DNA of 64,000 bases, taken from assembly GCA_963555775.3 (NCBI GenBank), contig CAUVWY020000001.1, forward strand, positions 69,534 through 133,533. Direction: 5' to 3'. Position 1 is the stretch's first letter. Each line of letters begins with the position of its first letter. Below the pieces are notes generated by a model that was not told the origin of the DNA, did not search any database, and saw nothing but the letters and a program-made list of their open reading frames with translations. Origin of the DNA: Terriglobia bacterium. GTDB taxonomy: Bacteria > Acidobacteriota > Terriglobia > 20CM-2-55-15. This document shows, piece by piece, positions 37,684 to 47,309 of the stretch. A program made the translations under genes and the position numbers.

Positions 37684-38322
37684 ATGAGCACGATGCTGCC
37701 GAAACGCACGCGGTCCGCCAAGACCGCCACCCCTTTGCCGATCAAGCGCGCAGACATGTACTTTTCCGCGGATGTCGAGACGGACGGCCCGATCCCAGGC
37801 CCGTTCTCGATGCTTTCATTCGCCCTGGTCTATGCGGGACGCTTTGACGGGCAATCCTTTGAGCCTCCAACAGACTTCCAATTGAGCACCTACCACGAAT
37901 TGAAGCCGATTTCTGAAGAGTTTCAGGAGGAAGCGCTCAGCGTGAATCGATTGGAACGGCGCCGTCTTCGCGAAGAAGGTAAAGATCCTGTGGACGCAAT
38001 GACGGAGGCGAGCAGTTGGGTCAAAAAGATCGCAGGTGGCGCCAGCCCCGTGCTCGTCGCATACCCGCTCAGCTTTGACTGGACCTGGCTCTACTGGTAT
38101 TTCATGTCATTCTCGAAAGACGGTTCTCCCTTCAATCACTCGAGTTGCTTCGACCTTAAGACCGCCTACGCCGTCAAGGCCGGCATTCCGATAGCGGAGG
38201 CAGGACGGTCGAATCTCGATGAAAGGCTCCGGCCTGGGGGAAAGCACACCCATCACGCCCTCGACGATGCAAGAGAACAAGCTCAGGTCTTCGTCAACTT
38301 GTTCGAGTGGGACAATAGTTGA
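37684..38322 (+). CDS. DEDDh 3'-5' exonuclease (DnaQ/RNase T-like fold)
   Basis: Exo I 'SADVETDG' and Exo III 'HHALDDAREQA'. The start could be the internal Met at 37756. Confidence 0.7.
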   Translation: MSTMLPKRTRSAKTATPLPIKRADMYFSADVETDGPIPGPFSMLSFALVYAGRFDGQSFEPPTDFQLSTYHELKPISEEFQEEALSVNRLERRRLREEGKDPVDAMTEASSWVKKIAGGASPVLVAYPLSFDWTWLYWYFMSFSKDGSPFNHSSCFDLKTAYAVKAGIPIAEAGRSNLDERLRPGGKHTHHALDDAREQAQVFVNLFEWDNS

Positions 38323-38574
38323 AGTGGAACTTCTCTCCGGCCCACGCAAAAGCGCTGAATCTCGCCTGATAGCGCTTCTAATCGAGGGCATCGGTAAGAA
38401 ATCCCAGTTCCACAGACTCCTACTGGTATGACATCTGAGGTCCGAAACCTGTAGCCACCCGCCCTTGATTTTCACGCCGGTATCGCCGCCCCCGTCACCC
38501 CCGCCGGCCCTGCCGACACCAAATCTGGCAGCTTGTGCGGGTTGGTGTTAACATTTTGCCCCTGACGGAGAAAA

Positions 38575-40296
38575 ATGTCCGAATCCGGGAGAATATCGAT
38601 GGCCAAGATTGAGAACGGCAGCGATCCTCTGAGTCGGGCCGCCGTCCGGCAGATTGTCTCGCTGACGATCATTTGTATCGTTGGTTTTGTCCTGTTGATG
38701 GTTGGATTGTCGTGGGCGTCGGAACTTACCGGTTCCGACTCCGCTATCCTCGGCGGGGTCGATTTCGAGACGCGGTCCATCACGCTCGCCCTTTCTCAGG
38801 AACCTCCTCAACTGGACAGCACACGGTCTACCGATCAGGTCAGCTTCTTTGTTCTGGGTCACGTGATGGAGGGCCTGCTCCGATACGACGCGAACAACCG
38901 GCTGGTGCCCGGTGTCGCCGAGCGTTGGGAGATCGGCCCCGACGGGGCAAGGTTCTGGTTGCGCGAGGATGCGACCTGGAGCGACGGGCAGCCGGTCACG
39001 GCTCATGACTTCGTGTTTGCCTGGCAGACTGTCGTCGATCCCGCAAACGCTTCCGAGTACGCCTTCATCATGTATCCGGTCAAAAACGGGGAAGCCATCA
39101 ATACCGGCCAGATGCCGCGCGAGGCGCTCGGTGTCCGGGCATCCGGGGACCGGGTTCTCGACGTGGAGTTCGAACAACCCGTCGCGTTCTTCGACAAGCT
39201 TGCCGCCTTTGGAATCTACTTCCCCGTCCGCAAGGATTTTTACGAAAGCCGCGAGGGGCGATACGCGGCCGATGCCGAAGATCTTCTCTACAACGGCCCG
39301 TTCGTGATGACGCAATGGGTGCACGGGGCGCACGTGCGATTGGAGAAGAACCCCGCGTACTGGAATCGCGAAACCGTCCAGTTGAACGTGATCGACATGC
39401 CCTACATCACGTCGGACTCCAACGCGGTAGTGAACCTGTACAAGGCGGGCGCGATCGCCAGGGCCACGCTCGGTACCGAGCAGCTCGAGGACGCAATGCG
39501 ATTGCGATGGAACCTGGGCCGCTACATCGATGGTTCCGTCTTCTACATCGACTTCAACTTTCGGCCGGACAGGATGACGAGCAACTATAACCTGCGCAAA
39601 GCCCTGCAACTGGTCTCCGACCCGAACGAACTGGTCAACAAGGTCATCGCCCTACCCGGCTACCAGCCGGCGCTGTCCCTGTTTCCAACGTGGTTGAGGG
39701 GCGTCAATGGCGCCTTCAGGCTGGAATACCCGCCCCAACGGATATTCCCGGATCACGAGGAGGCCCGGCGGCACCTGGAATTGGCAAAACAGGAACTCGG
39801 TATCGAAACGATCCCGCCGCTCGTGCTCTTGTCTGACGACTCGCCGCTGTCGAACAAGCAGGCCGAATACTTTCAGAACCTGTTCATGCGCGCGCTTGGT
39901 CTGGAGATCGTGATCGACAAGCAAATCTTCAAGCAGCGGCTCGCCAAGATGACTTCGGGAGATTTCGACATGGTGGCCGCGGGCTGGGGGCCGGACTTCG
40001 ACGATCCGCTGACGTTCGGAGACCTTTATGCGTCCTGGAATCTCAACAACCGCGGCATGTACAACAATCCCGAACTCGACCGCCAGGTTCGGATCGCTCA
40101 GGGATCGCTCGATCAGCAAATCCGAATGGATGCGTTCGGCGAAATCCAGAGGATGTTGATCGAAGACGCCGTGCTGCTGCCCAACTATGAACGGGGGCTC
40201 GTTTATGTCGAGGACCCGGGCCTTCGGGGCGTGGTCTACCGGTCGGTCGGGACCGATCCCGACTACAGCAACGCCTACTTGGTCGAAAGTCCATAA
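38575..40296 (+). CDS. Peptide/nickel ABC transporter substrate-binding protein (SBP family 5)
   Basis: N-terminal membrane anchor. 'GLLRYD.NNRLVPGVAERWE...DG..F.L.....WSDG.PVTA.DFVF' is the family 5 signature region. Confidence 0.85.
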   Translation: MSESGRISMAKIENGSDPLSRAAVRQIVSLTIICIVGFVLLMVGLSWASELTGSDSAILGGVDFETRSITLALSQEPPQLDSTRSTDQVSFFVLGHVMEGLLRYDANNRLVPGVAERWEIGPDGARFWLREDATWSDGQPVTAHDFVFAWQTVVDPANASEYAFIMYPVKNGEAINTGQMPREALGVRASGDRVLDVEFEQPVAFFDKLAAFGIYFPVRKDFYESREGRYAADAEDLLYNGPFVMTQWVHGAHVRLEKNPAYWNRETVQLNVIDMPYITSDSNAVVNLYKAGAIARATLGTEQLEDAMRLRWNLGRYIDGSVFYIDFNFRPDRMTSNYNLRKALQLVSDPNELVNKVIALPGYQPALSLFPTWLRGVNGAFRLEYPPQRIFPDHEEARRHLELAKQELGIETIPPLVLLSDDSPLSNKQAEYFQNLFMRALGLEIVIDKQIFKQRLAKMTSGDFDMVAAGWGPDFDDPLTFGDLYASWNLNNRGMYNNPELDRQVRIAQGSLDQQIRMDAFGEIQRMLIEDAVLLPNYERGLVYVEDPGLRGVVYRSVGTDPDYSNAYLVESP

Positions 40297-40308
40297 CCGA
40301 ACGGCATC

Positions 40309-41241
40309 GTGTTCGCCTACACCGTCAAACGACTTCTCCAGGGCGTCGTTACCATCTGGTTCATCGCCACGGCTACCTTCGCCGCCATGCATGCGGTTCC
40401 GGGCGATCCCCTGACCGGCGAGCGGGCAACAACTGAAGAAATCCGCAGAAATCTGGAAGCCCGCTACGGCCTGGACAGGCCCGTGCTGGATCAATACTTC
40501 ATCTACATGGGCAATCTGCTGAAGGGCGATTTCGGAATTTCATTCACGCAGCAGAACCGTAGCGTCAACGACATCATTCGCGAGCATTTCCCCGTTTCGG
40601 CAACGCTCGGCATTCTGTCGATCGTATTTGCCGGTCTGGGCGGCATTCTGTGGGGAGCGCTAACCGCCCTGTATCGACAGCGTCTGCCCGACTTGGCCAT
40701 CATGTTCCTGGTGATACTTGCCATCTCGGTGCCGAGTTTCGTCGTGGCCGCGCTCGGACAACTGGCTCTGGTCATAATGAACACGACTCTGGGATTCTCT
40801 GTGCTCCCGATCGCCGGCTGGGGGACGCTGTCCCACATGCTGGTGCCCTCAATCGTGCTCGGACTCGGCACGATGGCGTTTCTGACCCGGTTGATGCGTT
40901 CATCGATGCTCGAGATCGTCAATTCAGACTTCATACGCACGGCGCGGGCCAAGGGCCTGCCCCCGGCTCGCGTTTTCCTGCGGCATGAACTGAGGAACGC
41001 GATCCTGCCCGTCGTCACCGTTTTGGGACCGGCAATCGCCGCGATCACGACAGGCGGTTTCGTTGTGGAGCTGGTTTTTGCGATTCCCGGTCTGGGACGT
41101 TATTTTGTCGAAGCCGTACAGCAACTCGACTACACGGTAATCATGGGCACGACCGTATTCTATGGCGGTTTCCTGGTGTTCATGGTCATCGCCGTCGATC
41201 TCGTCTACGGCCTGATCGATCCAAGGGTGACGCTGGAATGA
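40309..41241 (+). CDS. ABC transporter permease (OppB/DppB type)
   Basis: Typical N-terminus 'YTVKRLLQGVVTIWFIATATF' and EAA loop 'DFIRTARAKGL'. Confidence 0.9.
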   Translation: MFAYTVKRLLQGVVTIWFIATATFAAMHAVPGDPLTGERATTEEIRRNLEARYGLDRPVLDQYFIYMGNLLKGDFGISFTQQNRSVNDIIREHFPVSATLGILSIVFAGLGGILWGALTALYRQRLPDLAIMFLVILAISVPSFVVAALGQLALVIMNTTLGFSVLPIAGWGTLSHMLVPSIVLGLGTMAFLTRLMRSSMLEIVNSDFIRTARAKGLPPARVFLRHELRNAILPVVTVLGPAIAAITTGGFVVELVFAIPGLGRYFVEAVQQLDYTVIMGTTVFYGGFLVFMVIAVDLVYGLIDPRVTLE

Positions 41242-42647
41242 GTTCCGGCGATCCCAGGTTCGGACCGACCGACTTCGAGCCGGTCACCGCCGCTCGCTCC
41301 GCCGAAACGATTCCGCGCCCTTCGCTTTCGTATTGGCAAGACGCGTGGCGCCGCCTGAAGGAAAACAGGCGGGCGCTCATCTCCCTTTACATCGTCATTG
41401 CGCTGGGCCTGTTCACTGTGCCCGGGCCGTGGTTTTGGCGCGTCGACCCGGCGGCGCAGGACGTGGACCAGATCAGCCAGCCGCCGGCGCTACCCGAGGT
41501 GGCCACGATCATCGGTCCGTATGTCCCGTGGGCGGGAGTGCTGGCCACCCCGGCCGCGGACAGCGACGCGGCAGTTCCACTCGTGACGGACAACCTGCGC
41601 CTCTTCGAACCGGCAACGACTCAGGCGGTTCGCCTCGTTTGGGACCCCGCCGCCGAAGCCACCGGGTACGCCGTATACCGGAGTGTCTACGACCCTGATC
41701 CGGACCGGGCGCTGGGGCTCCCGCTCACCAGAATCTCCGGAGCGGAAGCGGTCAGTTTCGAAGACCGTCTGGGCCTCGAACCCAAGCCGTATTGGTATTC
41801 GATTGTTGTCCTGGACCAGGACGGAATTGAAGTCGAGGAATACCGAACGCTCGAAGTGCAACCGCTCCGCGCTGTGAGCCCGGAGGAGGCCGAGGGGCGC
41901 GGCTGGGTGGATGACGCCGCCAACTTGCAACTCGGCAACCAAATCCGGCTACCGTACCATCCCCTGGGTACGGACTACCTCGGACGCGATATGCTCGCCC
42001 GCCTCATGTACGGGGCCCGTGTCTCGTTATTCATCGGCATATTCGCTCCCCTTCTGTTCGTCCTTGTCGGTATCGTCTACGGGAGCGCCGCGGGCTTCAT
42101 CGGCGGCCGTTTCGATCAAATGTTGATGCGCTTCGCCGATTTTGTGGTGGCGCTGCCATTTTTGCTGTTCATGATTCTCTTCAAGATCGGGTTTGGCATC
42201 GGTCCGGGGGAAAGCGGGGTTTTTCCGATGCTGGTCGCACTGGTGCTGCTGGCCTGGCCCGCGTCGGCCCGCCTGGTCCGCGGGCAAATCCTGCAAATCC
42301 GGGAAGAGGGCTATATCGGCGCATCGAGACTTCTAGGCGCGGGAACCGGATATCTTGTTTTTCGCCACATGCTTCCGAATACGATAGGCGTAATCCTGGT
42401 GACGCTGACGTTTGCCGTCCCCAGCGTGATTTTTACCGAGGCGTTTCTGTCCTTTATAGGGATGGGTGTCGCGCCTCCCACGCCCTCGTGGGGCAGCATG
42501 TCCAATGAAGGTATCCGGACGATGCTGTCGCATCCGCACGAACTGATTTTTCCGGCCATGTTGATCAGCGTCACCGTCCTGGCATTCAATCTCTTGGGGG
42601 ATGGACTCCGTGACGCGCTCGACGTCAGGATGCGGGGGCGCGAATGA
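41238..42647 (+). CDS. ABC transporter permease (OppC/DppC type) with a ~190-aa insertion in the first periplasmic loop
   Basis: The C-terminal 270 aa is a standard OppC core ('YIGASRLLGAG'). The insert contains 'VRLVWDPAAEATGYAVYRS...YWYSIVVLD'. Confidence 0.85.
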   Translation: MSSGDPRFGPTDFEPVTAARSAETIPRPSLSYWQDAWRRLKENRRALISLYIVIALGLFTVPGPWFWRVDPAAQDVDQISQPPALPEVATIIGPYVPWAGVLATPAADSDAAVPLVTDNLRLFEPATTQAVRLVWDPAAEATGYAVYRSVYDPDPDRALGLPLTRISGAEAVSFEDRLGLEPKPYWYSIVVLDQDGIEVEEYRTLEVQPLRAVSPEEAEGRGWVDDAANLQLGNQIRLPYHPLGTDYLGRDMLARLMYGARVSLFIGIFAPLLFVLVGIVYGSAAGFIGGRFDQMLMRFADFVVALPFLLFMILFKIGFGIGPGESGVFPMLVALVLLAWPASARLVRGQILQIREEGYIGASRLLGAGTGYLVFRHMLPNTIGVILVTLTFAVPSVIFTEAFLSFIGMGVAPPTPSWGSMSNEGIRTMLSHPHELIFPAMLISVTVLAFNLLGDGLRDALDVRMRGRE

Positions 42648-43687
42648 TGGAGACCGTGTCAACAGAGACCCGGACCGCGCTTCTTAAGGTCGATGATCTG
42701 CATGTGGAATTCGACACCTACGGAGGCATCGTCAAAGCCGTGCGGAACGTTGGATTCAAGGTCGATGAAGGCAGGACGCTTGCGATCGTCGGCGAATCCG
42801 GATGCGGAAAATCCGTCACTGTCCAGAGCATCATGGGACTGACGCCCACGCCGCCGGGCCGGATCACGAAGGGAACGGCCATGTTCGACGGCGTCGATAT
42901 TCTCGGACAAAAGGTGATCGACGGCGAAGACATTCGCGGTGCGCGGATCGGAATGATCTTTCAGGACCCCATGAGTTCGCTGAATCCAACCATGACCGTG
43001 GGCGATCAGGTCGCCGAAACCCTCATCGTCCATCGCGGATTCAGCCGCAAGCAAGCCTTCAACCGCGCCGTCGAGTTGTTGCAAATGACGCACATTCCGG
43101 AACCGGAAAAGCGCGCCAGGCAGTATCCATTCACTTTCTCCGGCGGCATGTTGCAACGTGCAATGATTGCCATGGCGATTGCGTGCGAGCCGTCCATTCT
43201 GATCGCCGACGAACCGACGACGGCGCTCGACGTGACGATCCAGGCACAGATCCTGGATCTGCTTCGAGAACTTCAGGGCAGTACGGGCATGGCAATCATC
43301 CTGATTACGCACAATCTAGGCGTCGTTGCTCACCTGGCGGACGACGTGGCCGTCATGTACGCGGGAGAAATCGTGGAGCAGGGCACCGCGGAAGACGTCT
43401 TCTACCGTTCGGCGCATCCGTACACGCTCGGTCTGCGGGCCGCGATGCCGCTGAACGACCCTGCCAGGAAGCACGGGTTGAAGCCGATTGAGGGCACGCC
43501 ACCCGACATGTTCGATCCACCTCGGGGCTGCGCCTACTTTGCGCGCTGCCCCTATGCCATGAGTGTCTGCGAGAAGAACGCGCCCCCACGCTTCGAGATC
43601 GGTCCGCATCACCATTCACACTGCTGGGTCCACCACTCCGACGCGCCTCCGGGTGCGCGCGAACAATTGCGCGTGGAGGCGACGTGA
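42644..43687 (+). CDS. Oligopeptide/dipeptide ABC transporter ATP-binding protein (OppD/DppD type)
   Basis: Walker A 'GESGCGKS', signature 'FSGGMLQR', Walker B 'ILIADEPT', and a C-terminal oligo_HPY region 'HPYT'. Confidence 0.9.
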   Translation: MMETVSTETRTALLKVDDLHVEFDTYGGIVKAVRNVGFKVDEGRTLAIVGESGCGKSVTVQSIMGLTPTPPGRITKGTAMFDGVDILGQKVIDGEDIRGARIGMIFQDPMSSLNPTMTVGDQVAETLIVHRGFSRKQAFNRAVELLQMTHIPEPEKRARQYPFTFSGGMLQRAMIAMAIACEPSILIADEPTTALDVTIQAQILDLLRELQGSTGMAIILITHNLGVVAHLADDVAVMYAGEIVEQGTAEDVFYRSAHPYTLGLRAAMPLNDPARKHGLKPIEGTPPDMFDPPRGCAYFARCPYAMSVCEKNAPPRFEIGPHHHSHCWVHHSDAPPGAREQLRVEAT

Positions 43688-44685
43688 AACCCCTGATCGA
43701 AGCGAAAGGCGTCACGAAACACTTCAAGATCGGCCGCAACCGAATCGTGCATGCGGTCGACGATGTGAGTCTGGACGTGTATCCGCGAGAGATCGTCGGA
43801 CTGGTCGGCGAGAGCGGATCGGGGAAGTCGACGTTCGGAAAGACGCTTGTCGGGTTGCACCAGAAAACCTCCGGGGAGGTGTACTTCAAGGGTGAACAAC
43901 TCCCGGGGCGCTACACGCCAGCCGACTTCGAGCGGTACGCGCCTCACATCCAGATGATCTTTCAGGATCCCTATTCCAGCCTGAATCCGCGCATGACCGT
44001 CGGAGAAATAATTGGAGAAGGTCTGCGGTTGCGGGGCGGCGGGTCAAGAAGCGGTATCCGCGATCAAGTGACCGTTTCGCTTCGGAAGGTGGGCCTGGAG
44101 CCGGAGCACGCTTCGCGGTACCCGCACGAGTTTTCAGGCGGACAACGGCAACGCGTCGGTATCGCCCGAGCCCTGGTGATGGAGCCCGAGTTTATCGTGT
44201 GCGACGAACCGATCTCGGCGCTCGACGTTTCCGTTCAGGCACAGGTGGTCCGGTTGCTCGGAGAACTCAAGGCGTCCCTGGGATTGACGATGCTCTTTAT
44301 TGCCCATGATCTGTCGATGGTGCGGTACGTTTCGAATCGGATGGCAGTCATGTACCTGGGCTCGCTTGTCGAGATTGGCGCGGCCGATGACGTGTTCTTT
44401 CGCCCCAAGCACCCCTATACCGAGATCCTGGTGGGTTCGAATCCGGCGCCCGACCCCAAGACCGAGCGAAGTCGCAGCGCCGTCGTGATCAAGGGAGAGA
44501 TTCCGTCCCCAATCAACGTCGGGGCTGGATGCCGGTTTGCGAGTCGTTGTCCCAAGGTGTTCGATGCCTGCGGATCGGTGACGCCAAAGTTGTTGCCCGT
44601 GACCGACGACGGCGGCGAACAACGCTTCGTTGCCTGCCATCTTTACGACATCGAGTTGAGTTCTCCCCAGAGCACGCCGGCGTAA
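43684..44685 (+). CDS. Oligopeptide/dipeptide ABC transporter ATP-binding protein (OppF/DppF type)
   Basis: Walker A 'GESGSGKS', signature 'FSGGQRQR', Walker B 'FIVCDEPIS', 'HPYT'. Confidence 0.9.
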   Translation: MKPLIEAKGVTKHFKIGRNRIVHAVDDVSLDVYPREIVGLVGESGSGKSTFGKTLVGLHQKTSGEVYFKGEQLPGRYTPADFERYAPHIQMIFQDPYSSLNPRMTVGEIIGEGLRLRGGGSRSGIRDQVTVSLRKVGLEPEHASRYPHEFSGGQRQRVGIARALVMEPEFIVCDEPISALDVSVQAQVVRLLGELKASLGLTMLFIAHDLSMVRYVSNRMAVMYLGSLVEIGAADDVFFRPKHPYTEILVGSNPAPDPKTERSRSAVVIKGEIPSPINVGAGCRFASRCPKVFDACGSVTPKLLPVTDDGGEQRFVACHLYDIELSSPQSTPA

Positions 44686-44689
44686 TCCG

Positions 44690-45080
44690 CCTTAATATTG
44701 AGTCCTCAAGGCCCGTAGTCTGGAAGTTCACGCGATCTCTTTGCGGGCATCCTGCTCGCACCCGGGTTGCGTAATCCCGAATAATCCGTCCTTATCTTGC
44801 GCGCGACAGCGCGCCCTGGCGCTTGATCCGGCGCGAGGAACGCGCCGCTACGCGCGTTTTTTTATCGGCGCGACGAACGCGCCTGAGAACGCGGGGCATC
44901 TCTTCTTTGGCGCGTGGATACGCGCCACGCCCGCAAGGGTCAGTCCGCATCCTGAATATTGAGCCCCCGCCCGCGGACCGGCTCCTGTCGTGAATTACGG
45001 GGGGAAGACGAGCGGGCAAGATGCCCGCCTTCCCAAGCTAAGGCCTGTAGATTTCTGACTGAAGTGGAAGAAGGCGGGGG
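44690..45080. repeat. Composite hairpin-rich intergenic repeat, locus 3 of 4 (modules A-C-B)
   Basis: Module A is 'gtagtctggaagttcacgcgatctctttgcgggcatcctgctcgcacccgggttgcg'. Module C is 'cttgatccggcgcgaggaacgcgcc'. Module B is 'gagaacgcgg...atcctgaatattgagcc...gagcgggcaagatgcccgc...tttctgactgaagtggaagaaggcg'. All recur at the other loci. Confidence 0.8.
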
Positions 45081-45131
45081 AGCCCGCATCCCCGCGGCCC
45101 GGATGAGCGGCCCTCTCTAGATGCGGTACAC

Positions 45132-46025
45132 TTGCCGAAGCAACTCGCTATGCCAAAGAAAATTTCTAACGCGCTCGTAAATATAGATCTGGGAGAATTG
45201 TCGAAGCCCGCGAACACTTTGATCGAGAAGATATCGGATGCGGGCGTCGGTCTCTTTGCACCTTGGCAGATCAAGAGAGTCGCAAAGGCCGAGGCAGCGG
45301 CAGCGGCAGCGGCAGCGATGATAAGGGCAGAATCTGAAATTCAGATAACCGACCTGCAAAGACGAGCCGTGCATCGACTGGTTGAGGAGGAATCTCAGTA
45401 CCAGAAGAACATGGAAGGCGTTACCGCCAAAGCGTTGCCGCAGTTGAACGAAAATGCGGACCCCGATTCCATCGAGAACGATTGGATCGTCAACTTCTTC
45501 CAGAAATCCCGGATCGTGTCTGACAATGAGATGCAGGATCTCTGGTCCCGAATCCTGGCTGGCGAGGCGAACGCTCCCGGGACCTATTCGAAGAGGACCG
45601 TCAATTTCCTTTCGGATCTCGATAAGACCGAAGCCGAACTGTTCACAAAACTCTGTGGATTCATTTGGAATATAGGAGAGTTAAAGCCGTTAGTGTTCAA
45701 TTTCGAGGCGGAGATCTACAACAGACACGGAATTAATTTCGACAGCCTAATTCACCTTGACAGTATTGGTCTTATTCAATTCAACGGAGCGACAGACTTC
45801 TTAACGACAAATCTCCCAAAGAGATTCGTCGTGCATTACTATGGTAGGCCGCTTACCTTGGAGATGCCCAAAGATGCTGGCAACAATCTCTCCATTGGCA
45901 AGACGCTGCTTACACGCGTCGGGAAGGAACTTGCAGTGATAAGCGGAAGCAAGCCGGTGCAGGGATTCTGGGAGTATGTGAAGGACCAATGGAATCAGTA
46001 CTTGCCGAAGCCGAAGACGGAATAG
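45132..46025 (+). CDS. DUF2806 domain protein
   Basis: 'DWIVNFFQKSRIVSDNEMQDLWSRILAGEANAPGTYSKRTVNFLSDLDKTEAELFTKLCGF' matches my recollection of DUF2806. Visibly lower GC than the flanks. Confidence 0.65.
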   Translation: MPKQLAMPKKISNALVNIDLGELSKPANTLIEKISDAGVGLFAPWQIKRVAKAEAAAAAAAAMIRAESEIQITDLQRRAVHRLVEEESQYQKNMEGVTAKALPQLNENADPDSIENDWIVNFFQKSRIVSDNEMQDLWSRILAGEANAPGTYSKRTVNFLSDLDKTEAELFTKLCGFIWNIGELKPLVFNFEAEIYNRHGINFDSLIHLDSIGLIQFNGATDFLTTNLPKRFVVHYYGRPLTLEMPKDAGNNLSIGKTLLTRVGKELAVISGSKPVQGFWEYVKDQWNQYLPKPKTE

Positions 46026-46088
46026 GAGGTGCGTCCGAGCCGCTCTTTTCAATGCGGTATAGAAACTGACGATGTCTTCCGGGTCGGC

Positions 46089-46332
46089 ATGTCGGCGAAA
46101 GACAATTCCGGAGACAACGCTTTCGTCGAATCGTTCTTCAAGACCCTAAAGTATGAGGAGGTCTCTCTGGAATTACGACACTTCCGAGGACCTGATCGAA
46201 CGCGTCCCGTACTTCATCGAGGAGATTTATAATCGCAAGCGGCTGCACTCCTCGATCGGCTATCGTCCGCCGATCGAGTTCGAGCAGTTCGGTAACTTGA
46301 AACGCGCCGATCAGCCTATTTTCAATCTATGA
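46089..46332 (+). pseudogene. IS3-family transposase (OrfB/rve) C-terminal remnant with a frameshift
   Basis: 'DNAFVESFFKTLKYEEV' in one frame continues as 'WNYDTSEDLIERVPYFIEEIYNRKRLHSSIGYRPPIEFE' in another. No upstream catalytic core. Confidence 0.75.
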
Positions 46333-46386
46333 TGGAATCTGTCCAGTTTTGGGAGTCCACTCCAATCGATCGCCAGTAATCTTGTT

Positions 46387-47229
46387 CTAATCCGAGAGAT
46401 TCTGGCCGTTTAGAGTTGGATTAACCTGAGTGAACCCAAAGACCGCCCAAGGCGCGTTTTCTGGATCGTTGTGTGCGGCCCGCGAAACGAAGATCAGAAA
46501 GTGCCGGTCTTCATGTTCGAAGAACTGGAAGTTCCTTGTCCTAAGTAAGCCCTCGCTGAGAACCAGCGCGTTGTTCTCATCCAATACAGAGAAACCGTTG
46601 TAACTGTCAGTGAATTGGGTAGTTCGGATCTTATAGGGGTAGATCGGACTCAAGTCTTCTTCCGACCCTGCGGTCAACTCTCCTGTAAATCGTATACCTC
46701 TTCCTGGACTCATCTCCATCCCGTCGAAAAGCCCCAATCGACCGAGCGACAATAGATCGATCTTCCCTAAGTCATGTTCTTGCTCTGTTACTCTGATCGT
46801 TCCAGACTCAAGCTCGGCGTCCCAGTCCACATCGTTCAAGAATGTAGACACGTCTTGGCTATACGTCTCCCCGCCGATCGTGACTGCGCTCGGTGTGCCG
46901 TTCCTATCGATCGCAACCCAGGACGAGGGAGCCGGATCAATGATCGGATTCTGTTCCACAAGTCTGTTATTCAAAAACCATGTCAAAAATACAAACACGG
47001 CAACACTTCCACTAGCCTTAAACGTCGCCAACTTCAAAGTGCTTCCTTCGATACCGCCCAAAAAACGATACAGGAAAGCCGTCGCCGTCAGGCCCATGCA
47101 AAATGCCGTGACTATAGGGCTACCATCCGCAGAATATGAGGCGGCCGCGCTAAGGAAAAACACGCCGGTCAAGACGAGCATAATGACCGTCTCAGTATCC
47201 AGTTTTCGACCCTTTCGTTGATTCGACAT
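46387..47229 (-). CDS. Hypothetical membrane protein (3 predicted N-terminal TM segments plus a soluble domain)
   Basis: 280-aa ORF with hydrophobic stretches in the first ~95 residues. Low GC. No family recognised. Confidence 0.5.
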   Translation of the reverse strand: MSNQRKGRKLDTETVIMLVLTGVFFLSAAASYSADGSPIVTAFCMGLTATAFLYRFLGGIEGSTLKLATFKASGSVAVFVFLTWFLNNRLVEQNPIIDPAPSSWVAIDRNGTPSAVTIGGETYSQDVSTFLNDVDWDAELESGTIRVTEQEHDLGKIDLLSLGRLGLFDGMEMSPGRGIRFTGELTAGSEEDLSPIYPYKIRTTQFTDSYNGFSVLDENNALVLSEGLLRTRNFQFFEHEDRHFLIFVSRAAHNDPENAPWAVFGFTQVNPTLNGQNLSD

Positions 47230-47309
47230 GGTTGCCTCCGTCTATCTCCAATGTCCGGAAGGTCCGAAATCGAGCGCGGCAGAAACACGTATCCGCGCCA
47301 CTCTCGTCC

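Noticed and set aside
45285-45315. (GCAGCG)n microsatellite-like tract
   Set aside because: It lies in frame inside the DUF2806 gene and encodes a poly-Ala stretch ('EAAAAAAAM'). It is a coding low-complexity region, not a separate feature.
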